The notes under the pieces are model-generated. The model ran no database searches. It was not told where the DNA came from and worked only from the letters and a program-made list of their open reading frames with translations. A stretch of DNA of 5,325 nt from a virus. Its lineage: Duplodnaviria; Heunggongvirae; Uroviricota; Caudoviricetes. Within the stretch, counting starts at the first letter, position 1. The number at the start of each line of letters is the position of its first letter. A program made the position numbers and the translations under genes. This document shows positions 1 through 5,325 of this stretch, one piece after another. The stretch lies in IMG/VR virus record IMGVR_UViG_3300005715_000008, one strand, 5' to 3'.

Positions 1-1297
1 AACGCTTGAGCCGGAAGCGTTTTCAATTCCGCTCTACCGGAAAGCCTTCGAGGTTATCCGCAAGCAGGCGCGAAACAGAAACCTAATCGACGCGCTGATG
101 GTTGCCGAGGCGTGCGGAGAGGAGCATTTCACGTCAATCCTGATGACCAGCAAAAACTGCCCGAGTGCCGCAAACCTGAAGGGATATGCCGGAATGGTCG
201 CGGATAACTATCACCGCCGTCTGGTGCTGGAAATCATGGATGAAATGCGTGAACCAATTCAGAGCGGAACCATCGACGCATCGAGTCAGGCGATGGATGA
301 GCTTGTAAAGCGTCTTTCAGCCATCAGAAAGCCCCGTGACGAGGTTAAACCGGTACGGTTAGGGGAAATCATCACTGACTACACTGACACGCTTGACAGG
401 CGTCTGAGGAACGGAGAAGAGTCAGATACCCTGAAGACCGGAATCGAAGAACTTGATGCCATCACCGGAGGGATGAATGCGGAAGACCTGGTGATAATCG
501 CTGCTCGTCCTGGTATGGGGAAAACCGAACTGGCGCTGAAGATTGCCGAAGGCGCTGCAAGCCGCGTTATTCCTGGTTCTGACGTCCGGCGCGGGGTGTT
601 GATTTTCTCAATGGAAATGAGCGCATTGCAGATTGCAGAGCGAAGCATTGCCAACGCCGGGAGGATGTCGGTTAGTGTGCTGCGAAATCCTGCAGCGATG
701 GATGACGAAGGCTGGGCGCGCGTTGCTAACGGCATGAGTCAGCTTGCAGATTTGGATGTATGGGTAGTCGATGCCTCGCGGGTATCGGTCGAAGAAATAC
801 GCTCAATCGCAGAACGGCACAAACAGGAAAATCCAAACCTCTCACTCATCATGGTGGATTATCTTGGCCTGATTGAGAAGCCGAAAGCAGACCGCAACGA
901 CCTCGCAATTGCTCACATCTCCGGAAGCCTGAAGGCGATGGCGAAAGACCTGAAAACGCCTGTTATCTCCCTGAGTCAGCTTTCGCGCGATGTTGAGAAG
1001 CGACCAAACAAACGCCCGACAAACGCAGATTTGCGTGATTCAGGAAGCATTGAACAGGACGCAGACTCAATCATCATGCTCTATCGGGAAGCTGTATATG
1101 ACGAGAACAGTAGCGCCGCGCCATTTGCTGAAATCATCGTGACGAAAAACCGTTTTGGCTCGCTTGGTACGGTTTACCAGCGGTTCTGCAACGGACACTT
1201 TGTTGCATGTGACCAGGATGAAGCCAGACAGATTTGCACAGCATCAAATGCACCTGCTGCGCGTGGCAGACGATATGCACAAGGGGCTGACGTATGA
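1..1297 (+). CDS. Replicative DNA helicase, DnaB family (phage P22 gp12-like); 5'-truncated, reading frame continues from position 2 upstream of the first ATG at 98
   Basis: Open frame from window edge (frame 2) through stop TGA at 1295-1297. Translation contains a DnaB-type Walker A motif (AARPGMGKT) and overall DnaB-like organisation, with an N-terminal-domain-like segment upstream of the first Met. Position immediately upstream of the nin region matches the replication module of lambdoid phages. Confidence 0.85.
   Translation, partial: TLEPEAFSIPLYRKAFEVIRKQARNRNLIDALMVAEACGEEHFTSILMTSKNCPSAANLKGYAGMVADNYHRRLVLEIMDEMREPIQSGTIDASSQAMDELVKRLSAIRKPRDEVKPVRLGEIITDYTDTLDRRLRNGEESDTLKTGIEELDAITGGMNAEDLVIIAARPGMGKTELALKIAEGAASRVIPGSDVRRGVLIFSMEMSALQIAERSIANAGRMSVSVLRNPAAMDDEGWARVANGMSQLADLDVWVVDASRVSVEEIRSIAERHKQENPNLSLIMVDYLGLIEKPKADRNDLAIAHISGSLKAMAKDLKTPVISLSQLSRDVEKRPNKRPTNADLRDSGSIEQDADSIIMLYREAVYDENSSAAPFAEIIVTKNRFGSLGTVYQRFCNGHFVACDQDEARQICTASNAPAARGRRYAQGADV
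379..735 (-). other. Antisense ORF inside the helicase gene; judged non-coding
   Basis: Lies entirely within the strongly supported helicase CDS on the opposite strand; Ala/Ser/Arg-rich translation typical of a reverse-frame artefact of a GC-rich gene. Listed only to record the rejection. Confidence 0.1.
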
Positions 1298-1322
1298 CCA
1301 TCTACATCACTGAGCTAATAAC

Positions 1323-1354
1323 AGGCCTGCTGGTAATCGCAGGCCTTTTTATTT
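1323..1354 (+). terminator. Rho-independent terminator, tR2-like
   Basis: Perfect 8-bp inverted repeat AGGCCTGC (1323-1330) / GCAGGCCT (1339-1346) with an 8-nt loop, followed directly by TTTTTATTT. From memory this closely resembles the lambda tR2 hairpin upstream of ninB, but that is not verified. Confidence 0.75.
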
Positions 1355-1369
1355 GTGGGAGAGGGAAGT

Positions 1370-1696
1370 GTGGCTGACTGGCAAATTCCAATCATCATTC
1401 TTGCCGGAGCTTCGCTGGTTGCTGGCTTTATCCTGCTGAAAAAGCATAAAGACCGTGATCAAAAAGTCGAAGTTCTCTATGGGTATCCAGCGAACAGCAC
1501 AACATGGCTGACCATTTACCACTACCGAAAATCAGGACGCTGGGTATTCGAATGGGATGATCTGTTCGCTGAAAAGCGACCAAAGTCATGGGGAGACATC
1601 AGCGAATGCATGATGTTTGAAGAAAGAAAATCCGGCGCAACCCGAGAAGAGTTTAACGAAGCGTGGGCGCGATTAAGTGAGAGAGGGTATTTGTGA
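1370..1696 (+). CDS. Hypothetical small membrane protein (one N-terminal hydrophobic helix, about 108 aa from GTG 1370)
   Basis: ORF 1355-1696 in the track. GTG at 1370 is preceded by a purine-rich RBS GGGAGAGGGAAG (1358-1369), whereas GTG 1355 abuts the terminator T-tract with no RBS. Hydrophobic stretch IPIIILAGASLVAGFILL followed by KKHK (positive-inside). Stop TGA overlaps the next start (GTGA). Confidence 0.5.
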   Translation: MADWQIPIIILAGASLVAGFILLKKHKDRDQKVEVLYGYPANSTTWLTIYHYRKSGRWVFEWDDLFAEKRPKSWGDISECMMFEERKSGATREEFNEAWARLSERGYL

Positions 1697-1893
1697 GCAA
1701 GTACGAAAAATTAGATCAAAACATTCTTTCAATCCTGAGTGAAAGACCAACACCTGTTTTTGATATCTGGCTTAAATGGCGGAGCAATGGAATGTATATC
1801 GAAACCATCGATCGCCGTATGCAATACCTGAGAAAGAAAGGGCTTGTTGCAAATGTGCGTGGGAAGGGTTGGGTGAAAATTAACCTGTCATAA
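1693..1893 (+). CDS. Hypothetical 66-aa basic protein, possibly DNA-binding
   Basis: GTG start at 1693 overlapping the upstream stop (GTGA), GAGGG-type RBS about 7 nt upstream. Lys/Arg-rich C-terminal half (RRMQYLRKKGLVANVRGKGW) that by eye resembles a winged-helix recognition helix plus wing; weak, unverified. Confidence 0.45.
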   Translation: MSKYEKLDQNILSILSERPTPVFDIWLKWRSNGMYIETIDRRMQYLRKKGLVANVRGKGWVKINLS

Positions 1894-1904
1894 CGGGGAT
1901 TGAT

Positions 1905-2258
1905 ATGGACGAATCAAGAAAGTCTTTCGAGCAATGGGCATCAAAGCAATTCAATATCTCAGTAGAGGAAATTGTTAATAAGCGAATGCTGGGTGATTAC
2001 CTGCACAACCCAGACTTACATAATGCATGGCAAGCATGGATAGATAGCAGGGCGGCAATAGAAATTGAGCTACCAAAGCCTCATGCACATCTTATATGGA
2101 TTCAGGCTGGTCATGCGCCTGACGATTATTGGGATGATGTGGCGGTGTCATATAGCGAAAAGGATAAATGCTGCGACGGTTCAGACCGCTATCCTGTGCA
2201 TGCTGGATGGGAAATTGAAGAGGTTCTTCGCGCCGCTGGAATCAAAGTGAAGGAGTAA
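1905..2258 (+). CDS. Hypothetical 117-aa acidic protein, unknown function
   Basis: ATG at 1905 with GGGGA RBS 5-10 nt upstream; stop TAA at 2256-2258 immediately before the ninB RBS/ATG. No family recognised by eye; contains a CC pair and several His/Asp/Trp residues. Confidence 0.5.
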   Translation: MDESRKSFEQWASKQFNISVEEIVNKRMLGDYLHNPDLHNAWQAWIDSRAAIEIELPKPHAHLIWIQAGHAPDDYWDDVAVSYSEKDKCCDGSDRYPVHAGWEIEEVLRAAGIKVKE

Positions 2259-2260
2259 CG

Positions 2261-2671
2261 ATGAAGCAAACAATCTTCCTCCGAACTAAGCAACAACAGC
2301 AAGCCGCAATAAATGCCATCCTCGCAACACCACTCGATAAAGACAAGCCAATCACCATCCGCATTACTGACTACAAGCGCAACCTTGACCAGAACGCAAA
2401 ATTTCACGCGATGCTGTCGGATATCGCTCGTCAGGTTCAATGGTGCGGCAAATGGTTAAAACCGGAACAATGGAAGGTTTTGTTGATTAGCGGTCATGCA
2501 GTGGCAACAAACCTGGAAGCTGATGTTTTGCCCGGGCTTGAAGGCGAATACGTCAACATCCGCGAAAGCAGCGCGCAGATGAGTGTGAAGCGTATGGCAA
2601 GTCTGATTGAGTACACAACAGCGTGGGCTATTGGTCAGGGTGTCAGATTTACCGACAGGAGGTACGAATGA
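2261..2671 (+). CDS. ninB: NinB (Orf-family recombination mediator)
   Basis: 136-aa ORF with strong RBS AAGGAG 7 nt upstream of ATG 2261. Sequence pattern ([30 protein letters not shown]...) matches my recollection of lambda NinB/Orf; position in a nin operon. Confidence 0.85.
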   Translation: MKQTIFLRTKQQQQAAINAILATPLDKDKPITIRITDYKRNLDQNAKFHAMLSDIARQVQWCGKWLKPEQWKVLLISGHAVATNLEADVLPGLEGEYVNIRESSAQMSVKRMASLIEYTTAWAIGQGVRFTDRRYE

Positions 2672-2850
2672 GACGACAGCGACGAAGTTTCACCGACATC
2701 ATCTGCGAAAACTGCAAATACCTTCCAACGAAACGCTCCAGAAATAAACGCAAGCCAATCCCCAAAGAATCTGACGTAAAAACTTTCAACTACACGGCTC
2801 ACCTGTGGGATATCCGGTGGCTAAGACATCGTGCGAGGAATACAAGGTGA
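2668..2850 (+). CDS. ninE: NinE-like small protein (60 aa)
   Basis: ATG at 2668 overlaps the ninB stop (ATGA) and is preceded by GGAGG. Arg-rich N-terminus [18 protein letters not shown]; length and position match lambda NinE. The track ORF begins at an upstream in-frame ATG (2623) that lies inside ninB and lacks an RBS. Confidence 0.65.
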   Translation: MRRQRRSFTDIICENCKYLPTKRSRNKRKPIPKESDVKTFNYTAHLWDIRWLRHRARNTR

Positions 2851-3017
2851 TTGACCCAAATCGAAGTTACGAACAAGAAAGCGTTGAGCGAGCTTTAACG
2901 TGCGCTAACTGCGGTCAGAAGCTGCATGTGCTGGAAGTTCACGTGTGTGAGCACTGCTGCGCAGAGCTGATGAGCGATCCGAATAGCTCAATGTACGAGG
3001 AAGAAGACGATGGCTAA
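2847..3017 (+). CDS. ninF: NinF-like small Cys-rich (zinc-ribbon-like) protein
   Basis: GTG at 2847 overlapping the ninE stop (GTGA) with AGGA RBS upstream. Product [38 protein letters not shown]... has a CxxC...CxxCC arrangement and matches my recollection of lambda NinF. Alternative start ATG 2805 (track) would overlap ninE by 46 nt. Confidence 0.65.
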   Translation: MIDPNRSYEQESVERALTCANCGQKLHVLEVHVCEHCCAELMSDPNSSMYEEEDDG

Positions 3018-3621
3018 ACCAGCGCGAAGACGATGTAAAAACAATGAATGTCGGGAATGGTTTCACCCTGCATTCGCTAATCAGTGGTGGTGCTCTCCAG
3101 AGTGTGGAACAAAGATAGCACTCGAACGACGAAGTAAAGAACGCGAAAAAGCGGAAAAAGCAGCAGAGAAGAAACGACGACGAGAGGATCAGAAACAGAA
3201 AGATAAACTTAAGATTCGAAAACTCGCCTTAAAGCCCCGCAGTTACTGGATTAAACAAGCCCAACAAGCCGTAAACGCCTTCATCAGAGAAAGAGACCGC
3301 GACTTACCATGTATCTCGTGCGGAACGCTCACGTCTGCTCAGTGGGATGCTGGACATTACCGGACAACTGCTGCGGCACCTCAACTCCGATTTGATGAAC
3401 GCAATATTCACAAGCAATGCGTGGTGTGCAACCAGCATAAAAGCGGAAATCTCGTTCCGTATCGCGTCGAACTGATTAATCGCATCGGGCAGGAAGCAGT
3501 AGACGAAATCGAATCAAACCATAACCGCCATCGCTGGACTATCGAAGAGTGCAAGGCGATCAAGGCAGAGTACCAACAGAAACTCAAAGACCTGCGAAAT
3601 AGCAGAAGTGAGGCCGCATGA
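3010..3621 (+). CDS. ninG: NinG / Rap (recombination-associated structure-specific endonuclease)
   Basis: 203-aa ORF; ATG 3010 overlaps the ninF stop. N-terminal Cys cluster (CKNNEC...CSPEC), Lys/Glu-rich linker, and C-terminal Cys/His cluster (CISCG...H...CVVCNQHK) as in lambda NinG; length close to lambda NinG. Confidence 0.85.
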   Translation: MAKPARRRCKNNECREWFHPAFANQWWCSPECGTKIALERRSKEREKAEKAAEKKRRREDQKQKDKLKIRKLALKPRSYWIKQAQQAVNAFIRERDRDLPCISCGTLTSAQWDAGHYRTTAAAPQLRFDERNIHKQCVVCNQHKSGNLVPYRVELINRIGQEAVDEIESNHNRHRWTIEECKAIKAEYQQKLKDLRNSRSEAA

Positions 3622-3824
3622 CGTTCTCAGTAAAAACCATTCCAGACATGCTCGTTGAAGCATACGGAAACCAGACAGAAGTAGCACGCAGACTGAAATG
3701 TAGTCGCGGTACGGTCAGAAAATACGTTGATGATAAAGACGGGAAAATGCACGCCATCGTCAACGACGTTCTCATGGTTCATCGCGGATGGAGTGAAAGA
3801 GATGCGCTATTACGAAAGAATTGA
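3618..3824 (+). CDS. ninH: NinH (small Fis-like HTH DNA-binding protein)
   Basis: 68-aa ORF; ATG 3618 overlaps the ninG stop (ATGA). Helix-turn-helix-like segment [18 protein letters not shown]; length and position match lambda NinH; 3' end overlaps the ninI start. Confidence 0.75.
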   Translation: MTFSVKTIPDMLVEAYGNQTEVARRLKCSRGTVRKYVDDKDGKMHAIVNDVLMVHRGWSERDALLRKN

Positions 3825-4473
3825 TGGCAGCAAATACCGAAATATTTGGGTAGTTGGCGATCTGCACGGATGCTACACGAACCTGATGAAAAAACTGGAG
3901 ACGATAGGATTCGACACCAAAAAAGACCTGCTTATCTCGGTTGGCGATTTGGTTGATCGCGGTACAGAGAACGTCGAATGCCTGGAATTAATCACATTCC
4001 CCTGGTTCAGAGCTGTACGTGGAAACCATGAGCAAATGATGATTGATGGCTTATCAGAGCGCGGAAACGTCAATCACTGGCTGCTTAATGGCGGTGGCTG
4101 GTTCTTTAATCTCGATTACGACAAAGAAATTCTGGCTAAAGCTCTTGCCCATAAAGCAGGTGAACTTCCGTTAATCATCGAACTGGTGAGCAAAGGTAAA
4201 AAATATGTCATCTGCCACGCCGATTATCCTTGTGATAAATACGAGTTTGGAAAGCCAGTTGATCATCAGCAGGTAATCTGGAACCGCGAACGAATCAGCA
4301 ACTCACAAGACGGGATCGTGAAAGAAATCAAAGGCGCGGACACGTTCATCTTTGGTCATACGCCAGCAGTGAAACCACTCAAGTTTTCCAACCAGATGTA
4401 TATCGATACCGGCGCAGTGTTCTGCGGAAACCTCACATTGATTCAGGTACAGGGAGAAGGCGCGTGGGCATAA
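3802..4473 (+). CDS. ninI: NinI serine/threonine protein phosphatase (lambda PPase type, calcineurin-like metallophosphatase)
   Basis: From ATG 3802 (RBS GGAG upstream) the product begins [29 protein letters not shown]... and carries the metallophosphatase motifs GDLHG, GDLVDRG, GNHE; it matches my recollection of lambda protein phosphatase almost residue for residue. The track ORF start at 3727 is an upstream in-frame extension inside ninH. Confidence 0.9.
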   Translation: MRYYERIDGSKYRNIWVVGDLHGCYTNLMKKLETIGFDTKKDLLISVGDLVDRGTENVECLELITFPWFRAVRGNHEQMMIDGLSERGNVNHWLLNGGGWFFNLDYDKEILAKALAHKAGELPLIIELVSKGKKYVICHADYPCDKYEFGKPVDHQQVIWNRERISNSQDGIVKEIKGADTFIFGHTPAVKPLKFSNQMYIDTGAVFCGNLTLIQVQGEGAWA

Positions 4474-4982
4474 GAGAACTAAACCTCACCAAAGAACAGC
4501 ATGAGTGGCTGAATGGCTGGCTTGAACTGTGGGGCGCATGGGTTTATTCAGGTCGTCTGGAAAAGCGCATGAGCAGCGTAATAGCGAAGTTCATGGAGAG
4601 CGTAGAGCCGGGAAGAGTTATGACAAGGCCAATGTGCAATGATGATGATGGAATGTTGATTTCTCAGGTCGTCGATTCCGTCATGTACATTGACAAGAAA
4701 GCCTTTGGCATCCTCCTCAGCTACTACGCTCATGGTTCATCTAAGCGAGCAATTGCATCCTACTATCACGCGGCTGCAAAGCCACGCAAGATGTGTGGAC
4801 GTGGTGGCGAGGGATGGAGAAAACCTTCACTGGCAACCTGTAGAAACGAAATTGACGACATCCTGAAAGCGTCATTATTTGTTTTATACCAGCCAATGCA
4901 AAATGCTTTCAAAATGCGTAAACGTGTTGAGAAAGTTAAGCATGTTGCTGTTAAAAGCCTTGACATGCAATTAGCCATTTAG
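4464..4982 (+). CDS. Q: Late-gene antitermination protein Q (non-lambda Q family, possibly Q21/Q82-like)
   Basis: 172-aa ORF directly after ninI (GTG 4464 overlapping the ninI stop region, RBS GGGAGAAGG upstream) and directly upstream of a consensus-like promoter plus terminator, which is the canonical position of Q. Sequence does not resemble lambda Q as I recall it; family assignment is from memory and synteny only. Confidence 0.6.
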   Translation: MGIRELNLTKEQHEWLNGWLELWGAWVYSGRLEKRMSSVIAKFMESVEPGRVMTRPMCNDDDGMLISQVVDSVMYIDKKAFGILLSYYAHGSSKRAIASYYHAAAKPRKMCGRGGEGWRKPSLATCRNEIDDILKASLFVLYQPMQNAFKMRKRVEKVKHVAVKSLDMQLAI

Positions 4983-4989
4983 CCATAAT
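4960..4989 (+). promoter_or_regulatory. Late promoter pR'-like (sigma70), probably including the Q-utilisation (qut) region
   Basis: -35 TTGACA (4960-4965), 18-bp spacer, -10 CATAAT (4984-4989); overlaps the Q stop codon (4980-4982). Predicted transcript start around 4996-4998. Confidence 0.55.
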
Positions 4990-4999
4990 TAGAGGGTAA

Positions 5000-5045
5000 G
5001 CTGCCGTTAGTGACTCTTAAGTTGCAACGGTGGCTTTTTTTTATT
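5000..5045 (+). terminator. Rho-independent terminator, tR'-like
   Basis: Imperfect stem g5000-t5008 paired with a5026-c5034 (9 pairs including two G-U), followed by TTTTTTTTATTT (5035-5046). Lies about 40-50 nt downstream of the predicted pR' start, the expected position of the terminator that Q overrides. Confidence 0.5.
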
Positions 5046-5046
5046 T

Positions 5047-5121
5047 GGGTCAGTCGTATAAAGGTCATTACGGAAGGCTGTTAACCTTCTTATCGTGGTT
5101 CGAGTCCACGCTGTCCCGCCA
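5047..5121 (+). tRNA. tRNA gene, anticodon GUU (Asn-like), 75 nt with encoded CCA
   Basis: Manual cloverleaf: acceptor 5047-5053 / 5111-5117 (one U-U mismatch at pair 4-69), U8, D-arm with A14 and G18G19, anticodon stem GAAGG/CCTTC with loop CTGTTAA (U33, anticodon GTT), 4-nt variable loop, T-arm CGTGG-TTCGAGT-CCACG, discriminator G, CCA 5119-5121. Confidence 0.6.
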
Positions 5122-5126
5122 AACAT

Positions 5127-5202
5127 GCTGGTTTAGCTCCAATGGTAGAGCAGTCGCCTTGTAAGCGAATGGGTAGCGGTTCAAGTCCGTTAACCAGCAC
5201 CA
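5127..5202 (+). tRNA. tRNA gene, anticodon UGU (Thr), 76 nt with encoded CCA
   Basis: Manual cloverleaf: acceptor GCTGGTT (5127-5133) / AACCAGC (5192-5198) perfectly paired, D-arm GCTC-CAATGGTA-GAGC, anticodon stem 5153-5157 / 5165-5169 (top pair non-Watson-Crick) with loop CTTGTAA (anticodon TGT), T-arm AGCGG-TTCAAGT-CCGTT, discriminator A, CCA 5200-5202. Confidence 0.7.
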
Positions 5203-5319
5203 TAACTGAGCCGTAGCCACTGGCTATTCTGAATTCATCAGTGATAGTTATGCTGCGGCCTTCTTTTTTCCCCTTCCCAATATAAGAACTACGCAATCCG
5301 TTACTGGCGGAGGCGTTGC

Positions 5320-5325
5320 TATGAA
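5320..5325 (+). CDS. Start of an unidentified downstream gene (only ATG plus 3 nt in window)
   Basis: ATG at 5320 preceded by GGAGG (5309-5313) at appropriate spacing; + strand, downstream of the Q/pR'/tRNA block. Identity cannot be determined from 6 nt. Confidence 0.3.

Noticed and set aside
379-735. 118-aa ORF on the minus strand
   Set aside because: Lies entirely inside the DnaB-type helicase gene on the opposite strand; no RBS context and low-complexity Ala/Ser/Arg-rich translation typical of antisense frames.
2065-2250. 61-aa + strand ORF in an alternative frame
   Set aside because: Nested within the better-supported 117-aa ORF (1905-2258) in another frame, with no RBS.
2189-2440. 83-aa minus-strand ORF
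   Set aside because: Antisense to the end of the 117-aa ORF and the start of ninB; incompatible with the tightly packed + strand operon.
2623-2667. Upstream in-frame ATG extending the NinE-like ORF to 75 aa
   Set aside because: Extension lies inside ninB with no RBS; ATG 2668 has a GGAGG RBS and ATGA coupling to ninB.
3584-3775. 63-aa minus-strand ORF
   Set aside because: Antisense to the ninG/ninH junction; no supporting signals.
3727-3801. Upstream in-frame ATG extending ninI to 248 aa
   Set aside because: Extension lies inside ninH; ATG 3802 gives the MRYYE... N-terminus recalled for lambda phosphatase and has a GGAG RBS.
3873-4073. 66-aa minus-strand ORF
   Set aside because: Antisense within the strongly supported ninI phosphatase gene.
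4548-4978. Two minus-strand ORFs (4548-4733 and 4766-4978)
   Set aside because: Both antisense within the Q-like gene; no RBS or start context, and inconsistent with the unidirectional operon.
5212-5224. Near-palindrome AGCCACTGGCT downstream of the second tRNA
   Set aside because: Too short and not followed by a T-tract; could be a weak operator or attachment remnant, but nothing in the sequence distinguishes it from chance.
5090-5296. 68-aa minus-strand ORF
   Set aside because: Overlaps both tRNA genes on the opposite strand; the tRNA folds are far better supported.
1-5325. CRISPR arrays, insertion sequences, long direct or inverted repeats
   Set aside because: No spaced direct repeats, terminal inverted repeats or transposase-like ORFs were seen on reading the window.
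5320-5325. Calling the downstream gene a Shiga toxin A subunit
   Set aside because: Only the ATG plus three nucleotides are visible; the tRNA set also differs from what I recall for Stx phages, so the context argues only for a cargo/late gene, not for any specific product.

Overview
This window is the right-hand early region of a lambdoid (lambda/P22-mosaic) enterobacterial prophage, read in the direction of PR transcription, with every supported gene on the + strand. In order: the 3' part of a DnaB-family replicative helicase gene (5'-truncated by the window edge); a strong tR2-like intrinsic terminator; three small tightly packed ORFs of unknown function (a predicted single-pass membrane protein, a 66-aa basic protein, a 117-aa acidic protein); then a nin-region operon ninB-ninE-ninF-ninG-ninH-ninI with overlapping stop/start codons; a Q-like late antiterminator gene; a sigma70-type late promoter (pR'-like) overlapping the end of Q; a tR'-like terminator; two tRNA genes; and the first codons of a downstream gene. 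The most interesting part is the three-ORF cassette between the tR2-like terminator and ninB, which is not part of the recognisable nin set, and the Q-pR'-tR'-tRNA-downstream gene layout, which is where lambdoid phages carry toxin/moron cargo. All similarity statements are from reading the translated ORFs and from memory of lambda/P22 proteins; no database search was run.
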